Source: Eledone cirrhosa
Lineage: Eukaryota
Assembly (NCBI GenBank): GCA_964016885.1
Contig: OZ024757.1
Location: 9,176,001-9,240,000, forward strand
Length of the DNA: 64,000 nt
Direction of reading: 5' to 3'
The translations under genes were made by a program, and so were the position numbers. How positions within the stretch are numbered: position 1 is the first letter of the stretch; each line of letters starts with the position of its first letter. Under the pieces are notes generated by a model that searched no databases, had not been told where the DNA came from, and saw only the letters and a list, made by a program, of their open reading frames with translations. Shown piece after piece: positions 1 through 10,709 of this stretch.

Positions 1-33
1 TTTGCTGGCCTTGTGCCTAAAGTAGAAACAAAT
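1..33 (+). mobile_element. 3' end of a tRNA-derived SINE, cut by the window edge
   Basis: ttgctggccttgtgcctaaagtagaaaca matches the reverse complement of the 3' end of the SINE at 556-726 (ttgctggccttgtagaaaca). Confidence 0.5.
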
Positions 34-555
34 ATATAATACACAGAAATTGAACGAAGACTGTTTTACACTGTCTTATGTAATCAGTAACGTAATCCAT
101 GATACATTAAAAAAGACGATATTATATATAAACTGCATTAGGAGAAAATTAGTGACAGAAAATTAATAGTTTATTGAAGTAGATGGCCAACCGGAAGTGT
201 TGGCATTTCAGAAATTTTAAAGAAGTGAATCTTTAAATAAACAAAATATATTTAATCTACAGCCTCGAAATTTAGTAGATAAATTATGTAATATTCATTA
301 ATTATTTATTCAAAGTAATCCAACTTATGTTACTAATGGGATAAACAATTATAAACCGTACAAGTCCCGCACTCATCCTTTTATTATAGTTTAGATTCAT
401 ACGTTCAATAGATATGCTAGGACTTTATTCAGATTTGAATAAATAACGTTATTAATTTTATATAACTGTTCATATTAAACCAAAACACATTATTAAAGGT
501 AATAAAATATTTAAGTATTGGAGAAAAAAAAAACGAATCAAGCAACGAAAATAAT

Positions 556-726
556 TGTTTCTACAAGGCCAGCAATCATCCTAGTGCATTACTGGTACTT
601 TATTTTATCGACCTCGTAAGGATGAAACGCAAAGTTAACCTCGGCGGGATTTGAACTCAGATCATAAAGGGAGGAAACTCTATGCTACAAAGCATGGCGT
701 CCAACGCTCTACCGATACTGCCAATC
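556..726 (-). mobile_element. tRNA-derived SINE (octopus-type) with 13-bp TSD
   Basis: The minus strand has an A-box-like TGGCAGTATCGG (712-723) and a B-box GAGTTCAAATCCC (646-658). The direct repeat caacgaaaataat flanks it at 543-555 and 727-739. It is absent from the paralogous site near 4902-4916. Confidence 0.85.
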
Positions 727-1084
727 CAACGAAAATAATGGGAGAGGGACAGACTTTATATTTCAGTCTGAGCTGTGATTCAGCCCCACCCTACAGACAA
801 AATGACAAAGGTGTTACTACAGAGAATAGCCAGAGTCACCCACTACAACATACACCCCACCTCATGGGACTACTTCCTCAAGGGGGCTGCTGTGCTTCTA
901 ATTTTGAGAAGGAAATCAGCAGTGGAGGTGGTTTGTCAGGCCCCGGTATTTAACTATCTCCCTCTTCTCTCTATTGCAGGTAATAAAGCCTGGGTTTGTG
1001 GCTGCAGTGAAAATGTTAAAGGCAGGGAATGATCCAACCCATGCTAAACCTCCAATTAATTCTGTTACTTGTCTTTTTCAGCTG

Positions 1085-1190
1085 TGGAGATTAGAGACAT
1101 GTGGAATGATGTGTCTTGCTTAAGGACACAATCTACCTCCCTAACTGAGAATTGAAAACATGATATTACCATATGTTGTATGACTTCACT
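1085..1190 (-). mobile_element. Degenerate remnant of a second SINE family (paralog at about 5275-5378)
   Basis: gtgtcttgcttaaggacacaa resembles the gtgtccttgagcaagacac box of many invertebrate tRNA-SINEs. It is followed by a decayed B-box-like gagaattgaa. Recognition is from memory only. Confidence 0.35.
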
Positions 1191-1492
1191 ATACAATAAA
1201 TATGTGTTTGTATACATATATATATTATATATTTGTGTATACATTGTCTCATTCCATGAGAGTAACTTGGTCAGTCTATGAACTCCTCATCCGACCCTTC
1301 TATATGTATATACATGTTTGTCAGTGTGTGTGTACATATGTATATAGAATATTGTCACAACTACTATATACACCACATATACACTACATATAATATTGTC
1401 CAATATATATAGACTATATGTCATGTTGTCCAAGGGAAAGGCTGATATAGATCAGCCCCAGTGACATTACAACTATTATATACACTATATAT

Positions 1493-4400
1493 CATCATCA
1501 TCATTATCATTTAACGTCTGTCTTCCACGCTAGCATGGGTTAGACGGGAATTGTTCCACTTGAGGCAAGATTGATCGAGTGACCGTGTCTCGCTCGTATA
1601 GGACTGTATCTGGCAGTTTTTCTACAGTTGGATGCCCTTCCTAACACCAACCACATTTCCAGTTGGACTGGGAGCCTTTTCGTGATGACACCTACATGAC
1701 CTCTTTAGTTTGGACTGGATGTTGTGGCACCAACATAACTTTACAGAGACAGGGTGGTGTTGGTGGGAGTGGGAGGATAGAGTAGGGGTTGTGGTTGGGG
1801 TGAATATTTGGTTAGGAGGGGCCTACTGACTAGGTTAACTTTACACATAGGGAAGGCAGGTCTTCTCTGTTACTGTGTGGCACCATAGATCTCGATCCAG
1901 TGACATTGTCTTAGAGAGGTGTAAGTGTGCAAGGTTGGATTTTATGTCATCCCAGGTTTTTCTGGGTCTACCTACTCCGTAACTTCCATCAATTTTGATA
2001 TCCCTGCACTTTTTTTTTAAGATGTCATCTTTCATGCGCATCACATGACCATACCAACGTAATCTTCTTTCAAGTAAACAGCATCTGATCCCTCTTATTC
2101 CTATTTCTCACTTAGTTCCTTTATGTTTTGCCGTTCATGTATATTACAATTACACGTCCAACAGAGCATGCATGCTTCATTCCTTTCCAATCTGTGCAGG
2201 TCCTCTGCACACATTGCCCATGTCTCACTGCCATGTAACATTGCTGTTCGTATACAGGCATCATACAATATGCCTTTCATTTTTAGAGAGAAACTTTTTG
2301 TGTCTAGCAGCAGTATAAGCTCTCTGAACTTTTTCCATCCCGTTCTAACTCTGGCTACTACACTTTCAGAGCACCCTCCACCACTGCTGATTTTGTCACC
2401 CAGGCAACGGAAAGTGTCCACTATTTCTATAGAACCATCTGGGCAGTAGAAGGTGCTAGTATCCTGTGGGTACTTGCTGCTTATTTCACCTGAGCATCGG
2501 CCACATATAAAATCTACATTCTTAGATAGCTTACCTGTGATCTCACTACATCTTTTATGTACCCATAGTTTGCATTTGGGACATAGAATGGAATTTCTAC
2601 CTACTCCTTTCCTACACACTGAGCATGGCACCAGTGCCCTATTTTCTTTTCTACATACTAGACCTTTAGTCTTAGACAAGTTAAATTTAAGGCCTTTTCA
2701 TTCATGCCTCCATTTTTGGAATTTCTTCTCTAGTTCAGCCATAGATTCAGCTATGAGAGTTAGATCATCTGCATATAGAAGTTCCCATGGGCTGCTGGTC
2801 TTAAACCCTTCGGTTATAGCCTGAAGGGCAATAATAAACAGGAGGAAGCTGAGGATGGGGCCTTGCTGAACACCTACTATTACACTATATTCATTGTTAA
2901 TTCTAACATTGCTGACTGTTTCTTTATACATGGCTTGTATAGCTCTCACAAGCCATTTATCTCCTCCTACTTTTCTAAGGGCCCACCAGATATTGGAGTG
3001 GGGGATTCTGTCAAAGGCTTTCTCCAAGTCAACAAAAGCTAAGTAGGGGTTTACTTTTAGCTAGCTACTTCTATTGTAGTTGCTTTACAAGGAAAAAAAG
3101 CATCTGTGGTACTTTTACCTGCCACGAACCCAAACTGCATTTCATCTAGATCAATTTGGTCTCTGATTAGTTGTGCAATAACTTTTTCTGTGACCTTCAT
3201 GACCTGGTCAACTAACTTAATGATTCTATAGTTTCCCCTATCTAGAGCATCCCCTTTACCCTTGTAGCATTTAATGATGATGCTTCTACGCCAGTCATCT
3301 GGTATGACCCCATTGTGTATTACTTGGTTTACTATCTGGGTGACCATAGCATGTCCCACCATTCCAGATGCTTTCAACATCTCAACAACTATCTCTGAAG
3401 GCACAGCTGCCTTGCCCATCTTCATATCTTTGATTGCCTTACTTACTATACTACCATTAACTTGCACCGCTGGTCCCTCTATTGGATCAATTTGGGGTAG
3501 ACTATCTTTTTCCCATTTATTCTCCTCATTTAGTAGTCCCTTGTAGTGACACTTCCAAGCTACCTTCTTATCAGTATCAGTGAGGGCAAGTACACCATCA
3601 TCATCATTACGGACACACTTCTCCCTGACAAAATCATGGATTTCCTTGACACTTTGTTTAGCGATCCTGAACACCTCACGTTTTTGTTCCTCACGTTGTA
3701 GAATATGCTTGAACTTTCTATCCTCTGCTTCCCTCCTTGCAAGGTACACTTGTCTCCTAGCTTCCCTTCTGGCCACTTGATAGTGTTCTCTACTTCCACC
3801 ATACTTTCCAAGCCTGCTTTTGGCCCTGATTGACTCCTCCACCTTACTGTTCCACCTCCAAGTTACTCTCCTCCTGCCTATAGGTCTGCTCCAGCAACAG
3901 ATTTCATCTGTCGCCTTCAGTAGGTTAACTTTCAAGAAACCCACTGTTCCTCTATATTGTATGTCTCTAATTGCACCTCTTTACTGTCAAAAGCATTAAC
4001 TAATATGCTTTTAATTTTGTTACTGGCTATGAGGTCCTTCAACTTCCATATCCTTCTCCTCAAGGTAGTCCTCCTCTGTCATCGAGTACGTCTAGTCCTG
4101 ACTGTGAGGTCACGTTGGGAGGTGCATTCTTCACAGGGGAGGGACTTAGTGTTTACAACAGACACTGTCACACCTTCTAGTAAGGTTATAATATATCTGG
4201 CTGGCATGTTCCCCTGATCTACAGGTGATCAAGTCATTGTCTCGTTTTTTGAAGTTTGTGTTACAGATAGTTAGGTTATTAGCGTCACAGAATTCCAGGA
4301 TTCTGGAGCCTTCCTCAATTCTAGTACGAAACCCATAGCCTCCATGGATTCCATCATAGCCATCTCTATGTTGTCCAATGTGACCATTTAGGTCACCAGC

Positions 4401-4696
4401 AATAATTATGTAGTCGCTGTTTGTTATTTGGGAGGAAGTGAGCATTAGCAAATCATAGAACCTGTCTTTTATTACGTCAGGTAGACCAGATTGGGGTGCA
4501 TAAGCGGATATTATTGTCATAGTTGTTCTATTTAGGCCTGGACTTATTTTAATTATTCTGTCAATCACTCTATTTACGGTAATTACCTTATCTACCCATT
4601 TCTCTGCTAAAACAAGCCAGCCCATTGTCATTCTCCACCCAGAAAAGTTTATAGCATTGTTTATACCCACACACCCCTCCACCTACTCTCTTGAAT
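1493..4696 (-). mobile_element. RTE-clade LINE copy 1, 5'-truncated within the endonuclease and multiply frameshifted
   Basis: Minus-strand ORF pieces: 4146-4682 (APE motifs SAYAPQ, GDLNGH), 3057-3944 (KGKGDALDRGNYR, QFGF), 2698-3027 (KAFD, YADD), 2101-2679 (PHD finger) and 1841-2044 (GRPRKTW). A 3'UTR and (CAT)n tail lie at 1493-1510. Confidence 0.95.
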
Positions 4697-4706
4697 ATAT
4701 ATATAT

Positions 4707-4790
4707 CATCATCATCATCGTTTAACATCTATCTTCCACGCTAGCATGGGTTTAGACAGGAATTGTCCCACTTGAGGCAAGATTGGTCGT
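4707..4790 (-). mobile_element. Short RTE 3'-terminal fragment of the same subfamily as copies 1 and 4
   Basis: (CAT)4, then tttaac..cttccacgctagcatggg..ccacttgaggcaagatt, nearly identical to 1493-1575. Confidence 0.85.
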
Positions 4791-5378
4791 CTTTATTCCG
4801 ATTTGCATAAATAACATTATTTTACATAACTGTTCATATTAAAACAAAACACATTAAAGGTAATAAAATATTTAAGTAATGGGAAAAAAAAACAAATCAA
4901 GCAATGAAAATAACGGGAGAGGGACAGACTTTATATTTCAGTCTGAGCTGTGATTCAGCCCCACACTACAGACAAAATGGCAAAGGTGTTACCACAGAGA
5001 ATAGCCAGAGACACCCACTGCAACATCCACTCCACCTCATGGGACTCCTTCCTCAAGTGGGCTGCTGTCTTTCTAATTTTGAGAAGGAAATCAGCAGTGT
5101 GGGGACAAAGAGGAAGTGGTTTGTCAGGCCCCGGTATTTAACTATCTTCCTCTTCTCTTTATTGCAGGTAGTAAAGCCTGGGTTTGTGGCTGCAGGGAAA
5201 ATGTTGGAGGCAGGGAATGATCCAACCCATGCTAAACCTCCAACTAAAGCTGATACTTGTCTTTTTCAGCTGTGGAGATTAGAGACATGTGGAATGATGT
5301 GTCTTGCTTAAGGACACAATGTACCTCCAAAGCTGAGAATTGAAAACATGATATTGCGATATGCTGTATGACTTCACT
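4791..5378. repeat. Local duplication, copy B, left part
   Basis: Colinear with 423-1190 but lacks the SINE. It is interrupted at 5378 by LINE copy 2. Confidence 0.9.
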
Positions 5379-7428
5379 CATCATCATCATCACCGTTTTA
5401 CGTCCGTTCTTCCATGCTAGCTTGGGTTAGATGGGTTGTCCTGTTGTGGGCAGTGTCTGGTCGGCTGACCATGCCTTGCTCATACAGGAACTGATTTTGG
5501 CTTCATTTCTACAGCTGGATGCCCTTCCTAATACCAACCTCATTTACAGTGAGTGCTGGGTGCTTTTTCCGTGGCGCCTACATCTCCACTTTACAGTGTG
5601 GGCTGGGTGCTTTTTTGCTGTGGCACCTCCATGACCACCTTGCAGTGGGAGGGTGTGGGGGCATATTGTCTATATGCTTCAGCTTGTACCCATGGGAGGT
5701 CGGGTACTCTGTATTACTGCGTGACGCCAGAGGTCACGGTCGTGTGTCATCGCCTTTGAGAGGTGTAATTGGGTAAGGTCGGCTTTTATCACCTCATCCC
5801 AGATCTTCTTGGGTCTCCCCACCCCGCAGTTTCCATTGACTTCTAGTGCTCTGCACCTTTTTATGCATCTGTCATCCTTCATACGCATCACATGTCCATA
5901 CCAACGCAACCGCCTCTCCTGCACACAGCATTTGATTCCTCTTATGCTCAGTCTCTCTCTCAATTCATTTATGCTTTATCGTTCGCGTATATTACTATTA
6001 CACATCCATCAGAGCATGCAGGCTTCGTTACTTTCTAATCTACGTAAGTCTTCTGCCTTCAGCACCCAGGTCTCACTACCATGCAACATCGCTGTTCGGA
6101 TACACGCATCATACAGTCTGCCTTTCATTTTGAGGGAGCAGCCTTTTGCAGCTAGCAGTGGCAGTAGTTCCCTGAACTTCTTCCATCCCGTTCTTACCCT
6201 AGTTATTGTACTTTCTGAACACCCACCTCCGCTGCTAATTTGGTCACCTAGGTAGCAGAAGCTGTTTACTGTTTCTACAGAGCCCTCCCAGAGATTGGTG
6301 GTACTTGTTTCCTGTGGCTGTTTGCTGCTTGCTGTCCCAGCACAGTTACTGTATGTGAAGCCTACATTCTTAATTAAGCTTCCTGAGATCCCGCTACATC
6401 TCTTGTGTACCCATTGTTTGCATTTGGGGCAGAGAATGGAGTTCCTACCTACACCTTTCCTACATACTGAGCAAGGCCATTTCCCTGAGGGGATCTGGGT
6501 TCTGTTTTCTCGTCTACTTACAAGGACCTTAGTCTTTGTCATGTTGACTTTGTGACCCTTTCTTTCTAGTCCCTGCTTCCAAGTTTGGAATTTCTTCTCT
6601 AGTTCTACCATAGATTCAGCTATAAGTGCGAGGTCATCAGCATACAGGAGTTCCCATGGGCATCCAGTCTTAAACTCCTCCGTTATTGCCTGCAGGACTA
6701 TGATGAACAGGAGAGGGCTAAGAACAGTGCCCTGGTGGAAACCAACCTGTACGCTAAATTCCTCGCTATACTCATTGCTAATCATAACTTTGCTGACTGC
6801 TCCCCTATACATGGCTTGTAAGGCTTTCACAAGCCATTCATCTACTCCTAGTTTTCTAAGAGCCCACCAGATTACAGCACGTGGAACTCTGTCAAAGGCT
6901 TTCTCGAAATCGACGAATGCCAGGTAGAGTGGCTTACTTTTAGCTAGGTACTTTTCCTGTAACTGCCTCACAAGGAAGAGGGCATCAGTGGTGCCTCTTC
7001 CTAGTACAAACCCAAATTGCATCTCATCTAGTTTCACCCGGTCCCTAATCAACTGTGCTATAACTCTTTCTGTTACTTTTATGACCTGGTCCATCAGCTT
7101 TATACCTCTATAGTTTCCTAGATCTAGTGCATCACCTTTACCTTTGTAGTAGTTGACAATGATGCTACTGCACCAATCTTTTGGTATGACACCTTCTAGT
7201 ATTACCTGGTTAACAATACGTGTGGTTATAGTGTGACCTACAGACCCAGATGCCTTCAGCATCTCGGCAGCTATACCCGATGGACCGGTTGCCTTCCCCA
7301 TCTTCATATTTTTGATTGCCTTACTTACTACGCTGCTGCTGACTTGTACTGTTGGCCCCTCTATAGAGTCTACTTGGGGTAGGGTCTCTTCTTCCCATGC
7401 ATTCTCCTCATTTAGTAATCTATAATAA
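5379..7428 (-). mobile_element. RTE-clade LINE copy 2, 5'-truncated, with RT and C-terminus
   Basis: ORF 6009-7420 contains QFGF, AFVDFEKAFD, YADD, the PHD finger and FCYLG. It continues in frame past one TGA (likely CGA to TGA) to 5679. The (CAT)n tail starts at 5379. Possible TSD ttcact at 5373-5378 and 7429-7434. Confidence 0.95.
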
Positions 7429-7710
7429 TTCACTATAAAATATATATGTATTTGTATACATATATATAAGCATATATTTGTGTGTATACATTGTCTCATT
7501 CCATGAGAGTAACTTGGTCAGCCTATGACCTCTTCAGCCGAACATTGTATATAAATATACATATTTGTCAGTGTGTGTGTACATATGTATATATAATGTT
7601 GTCAAAACTTCTATATACATGATATTTAATATTGTCCAATATATATAGACCATATATAATACTGTCCAAAGGAATGGCTGAAACAGCTTGACCTCAGTGA
7701 TGTCACAGCT
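7429..7710. repeat. Local duplication, copy B, right part
   Basis: Resumes homology with 1185-1475 directly after LINE copy 2. Confidence 0.85.
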
Positions 7711-7945
7711 CATCATCATTTAATGTCCAGTTTCCCTGCTAGCAAGGGTTAGACAGGTTGTCTTCAAAGACCAAGGTGGGGTTGGGGTCCTCCTTTCAGT
7801 TACATATGGTCACACCTACTACTGGGTGTATTTTGTTGTGTCACCAATACTAAAGTGATTGTCATGTCCTTTACACAGCAGGAGGGTCCGCCCAACCCTT
7901 TTTCTAGCAGGTTTTCAATAGCTGAATGCCCTTCCTATCACCAAT
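7711..7945 (-). mobile_element. RTE 3'UTR fragment or RTE-tailed non-autonomous element
   Basis: Has a (CAT)3 tail and the terminal stem-loop tgtcc..ccctgctagcaaggg..agaca. It also has the atgcccttccta.caccaa box shared by the 3'UTRs of copies 1, 2 and 4. Confidence 0.75.
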
Positions 7946-7949
7946 ATTA

Positions 7950-8566
7950 TTCATATATACATATATATATATGTATGTATATATGCACTATACAGTCTAT
8001 ATATAAATACACTACATATATATATATATGTATATATACACTATACAGTCTATATATAAATACACTACATATATATATATATATGTATATATGACTATAC
8101 AGTCTATATATATATACACTACATATATATATATATATATATATGTATATATGCACTACACAGTCTATATATATACACTACATATATATATATATATATG
8201 TATATATGCACTACACAGTCTATATATATATACACTCCATATATATATATATATATATGTATATATGCACTATACAGTCTATATATAAATACACTACATA
8301 TATATATATATATGTATATATGCACTATACAGTCTATATATATATACACTACATATATATATATATATATATGTATGTATATATACACTATACAGTCTAT
8401 ATATATACACTACATATATATGTATGCATATATGCACTATACAGTCTATATATATATACACTACATATATATATATATATGTATATATGCACTATACAGT
8501 CTATATATATACACTACACATATATATATATATGTATATATGCACTATACAGTCTATATATATATA

Positions 8567-8612
<46 letters not shown>

Positions 8613-9150
8613 CTGTCTATATATATACACTACATATATATATATATGTATGCATATATGCACTATACAGTCTATATATATACAATACACACATATATAT
8701 ATATGTATACATGCACTATACACTCTATATATATACACTACATATATATATATATATATATATAAATATGCACTATACAGTCTATATATATACACTACAC
8801 ATATATATCTATGTATATATGCACTATACTGTCTATATATATATACACTACACACATATATATATATGCACTATACAGTCAATATATATATATATACACT
8901 ACACACATATATATATATATATATGTATATATACACTATACTGTCTATATATATACACTACACACATATATATGTATGTATACATGCACTATACAGTCTA
9001 TATATATATACACTACACATATATATATATGTATATATGCACTATACAGTCTATATATATATATATACACTACACACATATATATATATATGTATATATG
9101 CACTATACAGTCTATATATATATACACTACACACATATATATATGTATAA
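7950..9150 (+). repeat. TA-rich compound minisatellite, unit about 50-60 bp: GCACTATACAGTC(TA)nCACTACA(TA)nTG(TA)n
   Basis: About 20 tandem units with fixed anchors gcactatacagtc and cactaca and variable (TA)n spacers. Confidence 0.95.
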
Positions 9151-9172
9151 TTAACCTCCTATTCAACTGAAG

Positions 9173-10568
9173 TTTCGTACGCAGGGAGAAACCCTTCTTC
9201 GTCAACAGAGGAAGCAGTTCCCTAAACTTCTTCCAACCCGTCCTTATTCTAGATACTATGGCCTTGGAACACCCTCCTCCCATGCTAATCTGATCTCCTA
9301 GGTACCGGAAGCTATCCACCACTTCTATAGCGCCCTCTCGCATTTGAAAAATGTGTCTATCAGTGCGACTTCTACTGTCTAATTTCCCTGTACATCTACT
9401 GCATACATATTTCTCCCTACCTGTTAGTTTGCCTGCTATCCCGCTACATCTCTTGTGTACCCAGGACCTACATTGTGTGCATTTTATAGAATTTATGCCA
9501 GTTCCTTTTCTGCATATCGAACATGGCCATTTCCCTGACGGAATCAGGGTTTTGTCCTCTTTTCTACTCATCAACACTTTTGTCTTAGCTAGATTTACTC
9601 TCAGTCCTCTTGCTTCCAACTGCTGTTTCTATAGCCGGAATTTATTCTCTAGCTCCTCTACTGATTCTGCCATAAGAGCCAGATCGTCAGCATAGAGAAG
9701 TTCCCATGGACAGCCAGTCTTAAACTCCTCTGTTATGGCTTGGAGGACTATAATGAACAAGAGCGGGCTGAGGACCGAACCCTGATGTACTCCTACTTGT
9801 ATCTGGAATTCCTCGCTAAACTCCATTCCTACACTGACTTTACTGAGAGTACCTCTGTACAAAGTTTGCACTGTCCTTACAAGCCATTCCTCAACACCCA
9901 GCTTCCTTAGGGACCACCAGATGACAGATCGGGGTACCCTATCAAAGGCCTTCTCTAGGTCAACAAAGGCCAAGTATAGTGGCTTATTCTTCTCTAAGAA
10001 CCTCTCTTGCATTTGTCTCACCAAGAAGAGGGCATCTGTTGTACTCTTCCCAGGCACAAAACCAAACTGCATCTCATCTAGTTTGACCCTTTCTCTAATT
10101 AGTTGTGCTAAAATCCTTTCTGCCACTTTCATAACCTGATCTATCAGTTTTATACCCCTATAATTGCTCCTCTCCAAAGCATCCCCTTTACCTTTGTAGC
10201 AATTTATGAGAATACTGCTGCACCAGTTTTTGGGTATGACACCACCATATATAGCCTGATTGATTATGCGTGCAACCAGTTTAGTGCCTACGTCCCCTGA
10301 TGCCTTCAGCATCTCAGCAACTATTCCCGATGGTCCGGCCGCCTTACCATTTTTCATTTCCCTAATCGCCTCTTGGACCCTATATTCGTCAATCTCAATA
10401 GCTGGTCCCTCTGTCGGATCTACCAAGGGTAATTTCTCTCTCTCCCATTCGTTCTCCACATTCATCAGTCTCTCATAATGACATTTCCAGGCCTCCTTTT
10501 TTCTGGTCATTCGTGACACTAAGTACACTGGCATCATCCCGGACACATTTATCACCAACAACATCCTG
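9173..10568 (-). mobile_element. RTE-clade LINE copy 3, truncated at both ends
   Basis: RT ORF with QFGF, DLEKAFD, VHQGSVLSP and YADD. There is an in-frame TAG at 9629-9631, then an intact PHD finger and FRYLG. A frameshift lies near 10500. Homology stops at GFSLRTK with no 3'UTR or tail. Confidence 0.95.
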
Positions 10569-10709
10569 ATAGTGTATATATATATAGACTGTATAGTGCA
10601 TATATACATATATATATATATGTGTAATGTATATATATAGACTGTATAGTGCATATATACATATATATATATATATGTCTAGTGTATATATAGACTGTAT
10701 AGTGCATAT
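10569..10709 (-). repeat. Same minisatellite in opposite orientation (about 3 units)
   Basis: gactgtatagtgc is the reverse complement of gcactatacagtc. Confidence 0.9.

Larger units (their letters stand above)
423..1490. repeat. Local duplication, copy A (about 0.9 kb plus a SINE insertion)
   Basis: 423-1190 aligns to 4791-5378. 1185-1475 aligns to 7429-7710 (for example acattgtctcattccatgagagtaacttggtcag is in both). Confidence 0.9.

Noticed and set aside
640-726. tRNA gene
   Set aside because: A and B boxes are present but there is no cloverleaf. The TSD and body identify it as a SINE head.
651-1032. Similar ORFs at 651-953 and 4904-5311 as a duplicated gene
   Set aside because: The first starts inside the SINE, the copies differ by a frameshifting indel, and there is no recognisable domain.
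7855-9170. Long Tyr/Ile/His-rich ORFs up to 335 aa
   Set aside because: These are translation artefacts of the stop-poor (TA)n minisatellite. The same applies at 14135-14532 and 15000-15579.
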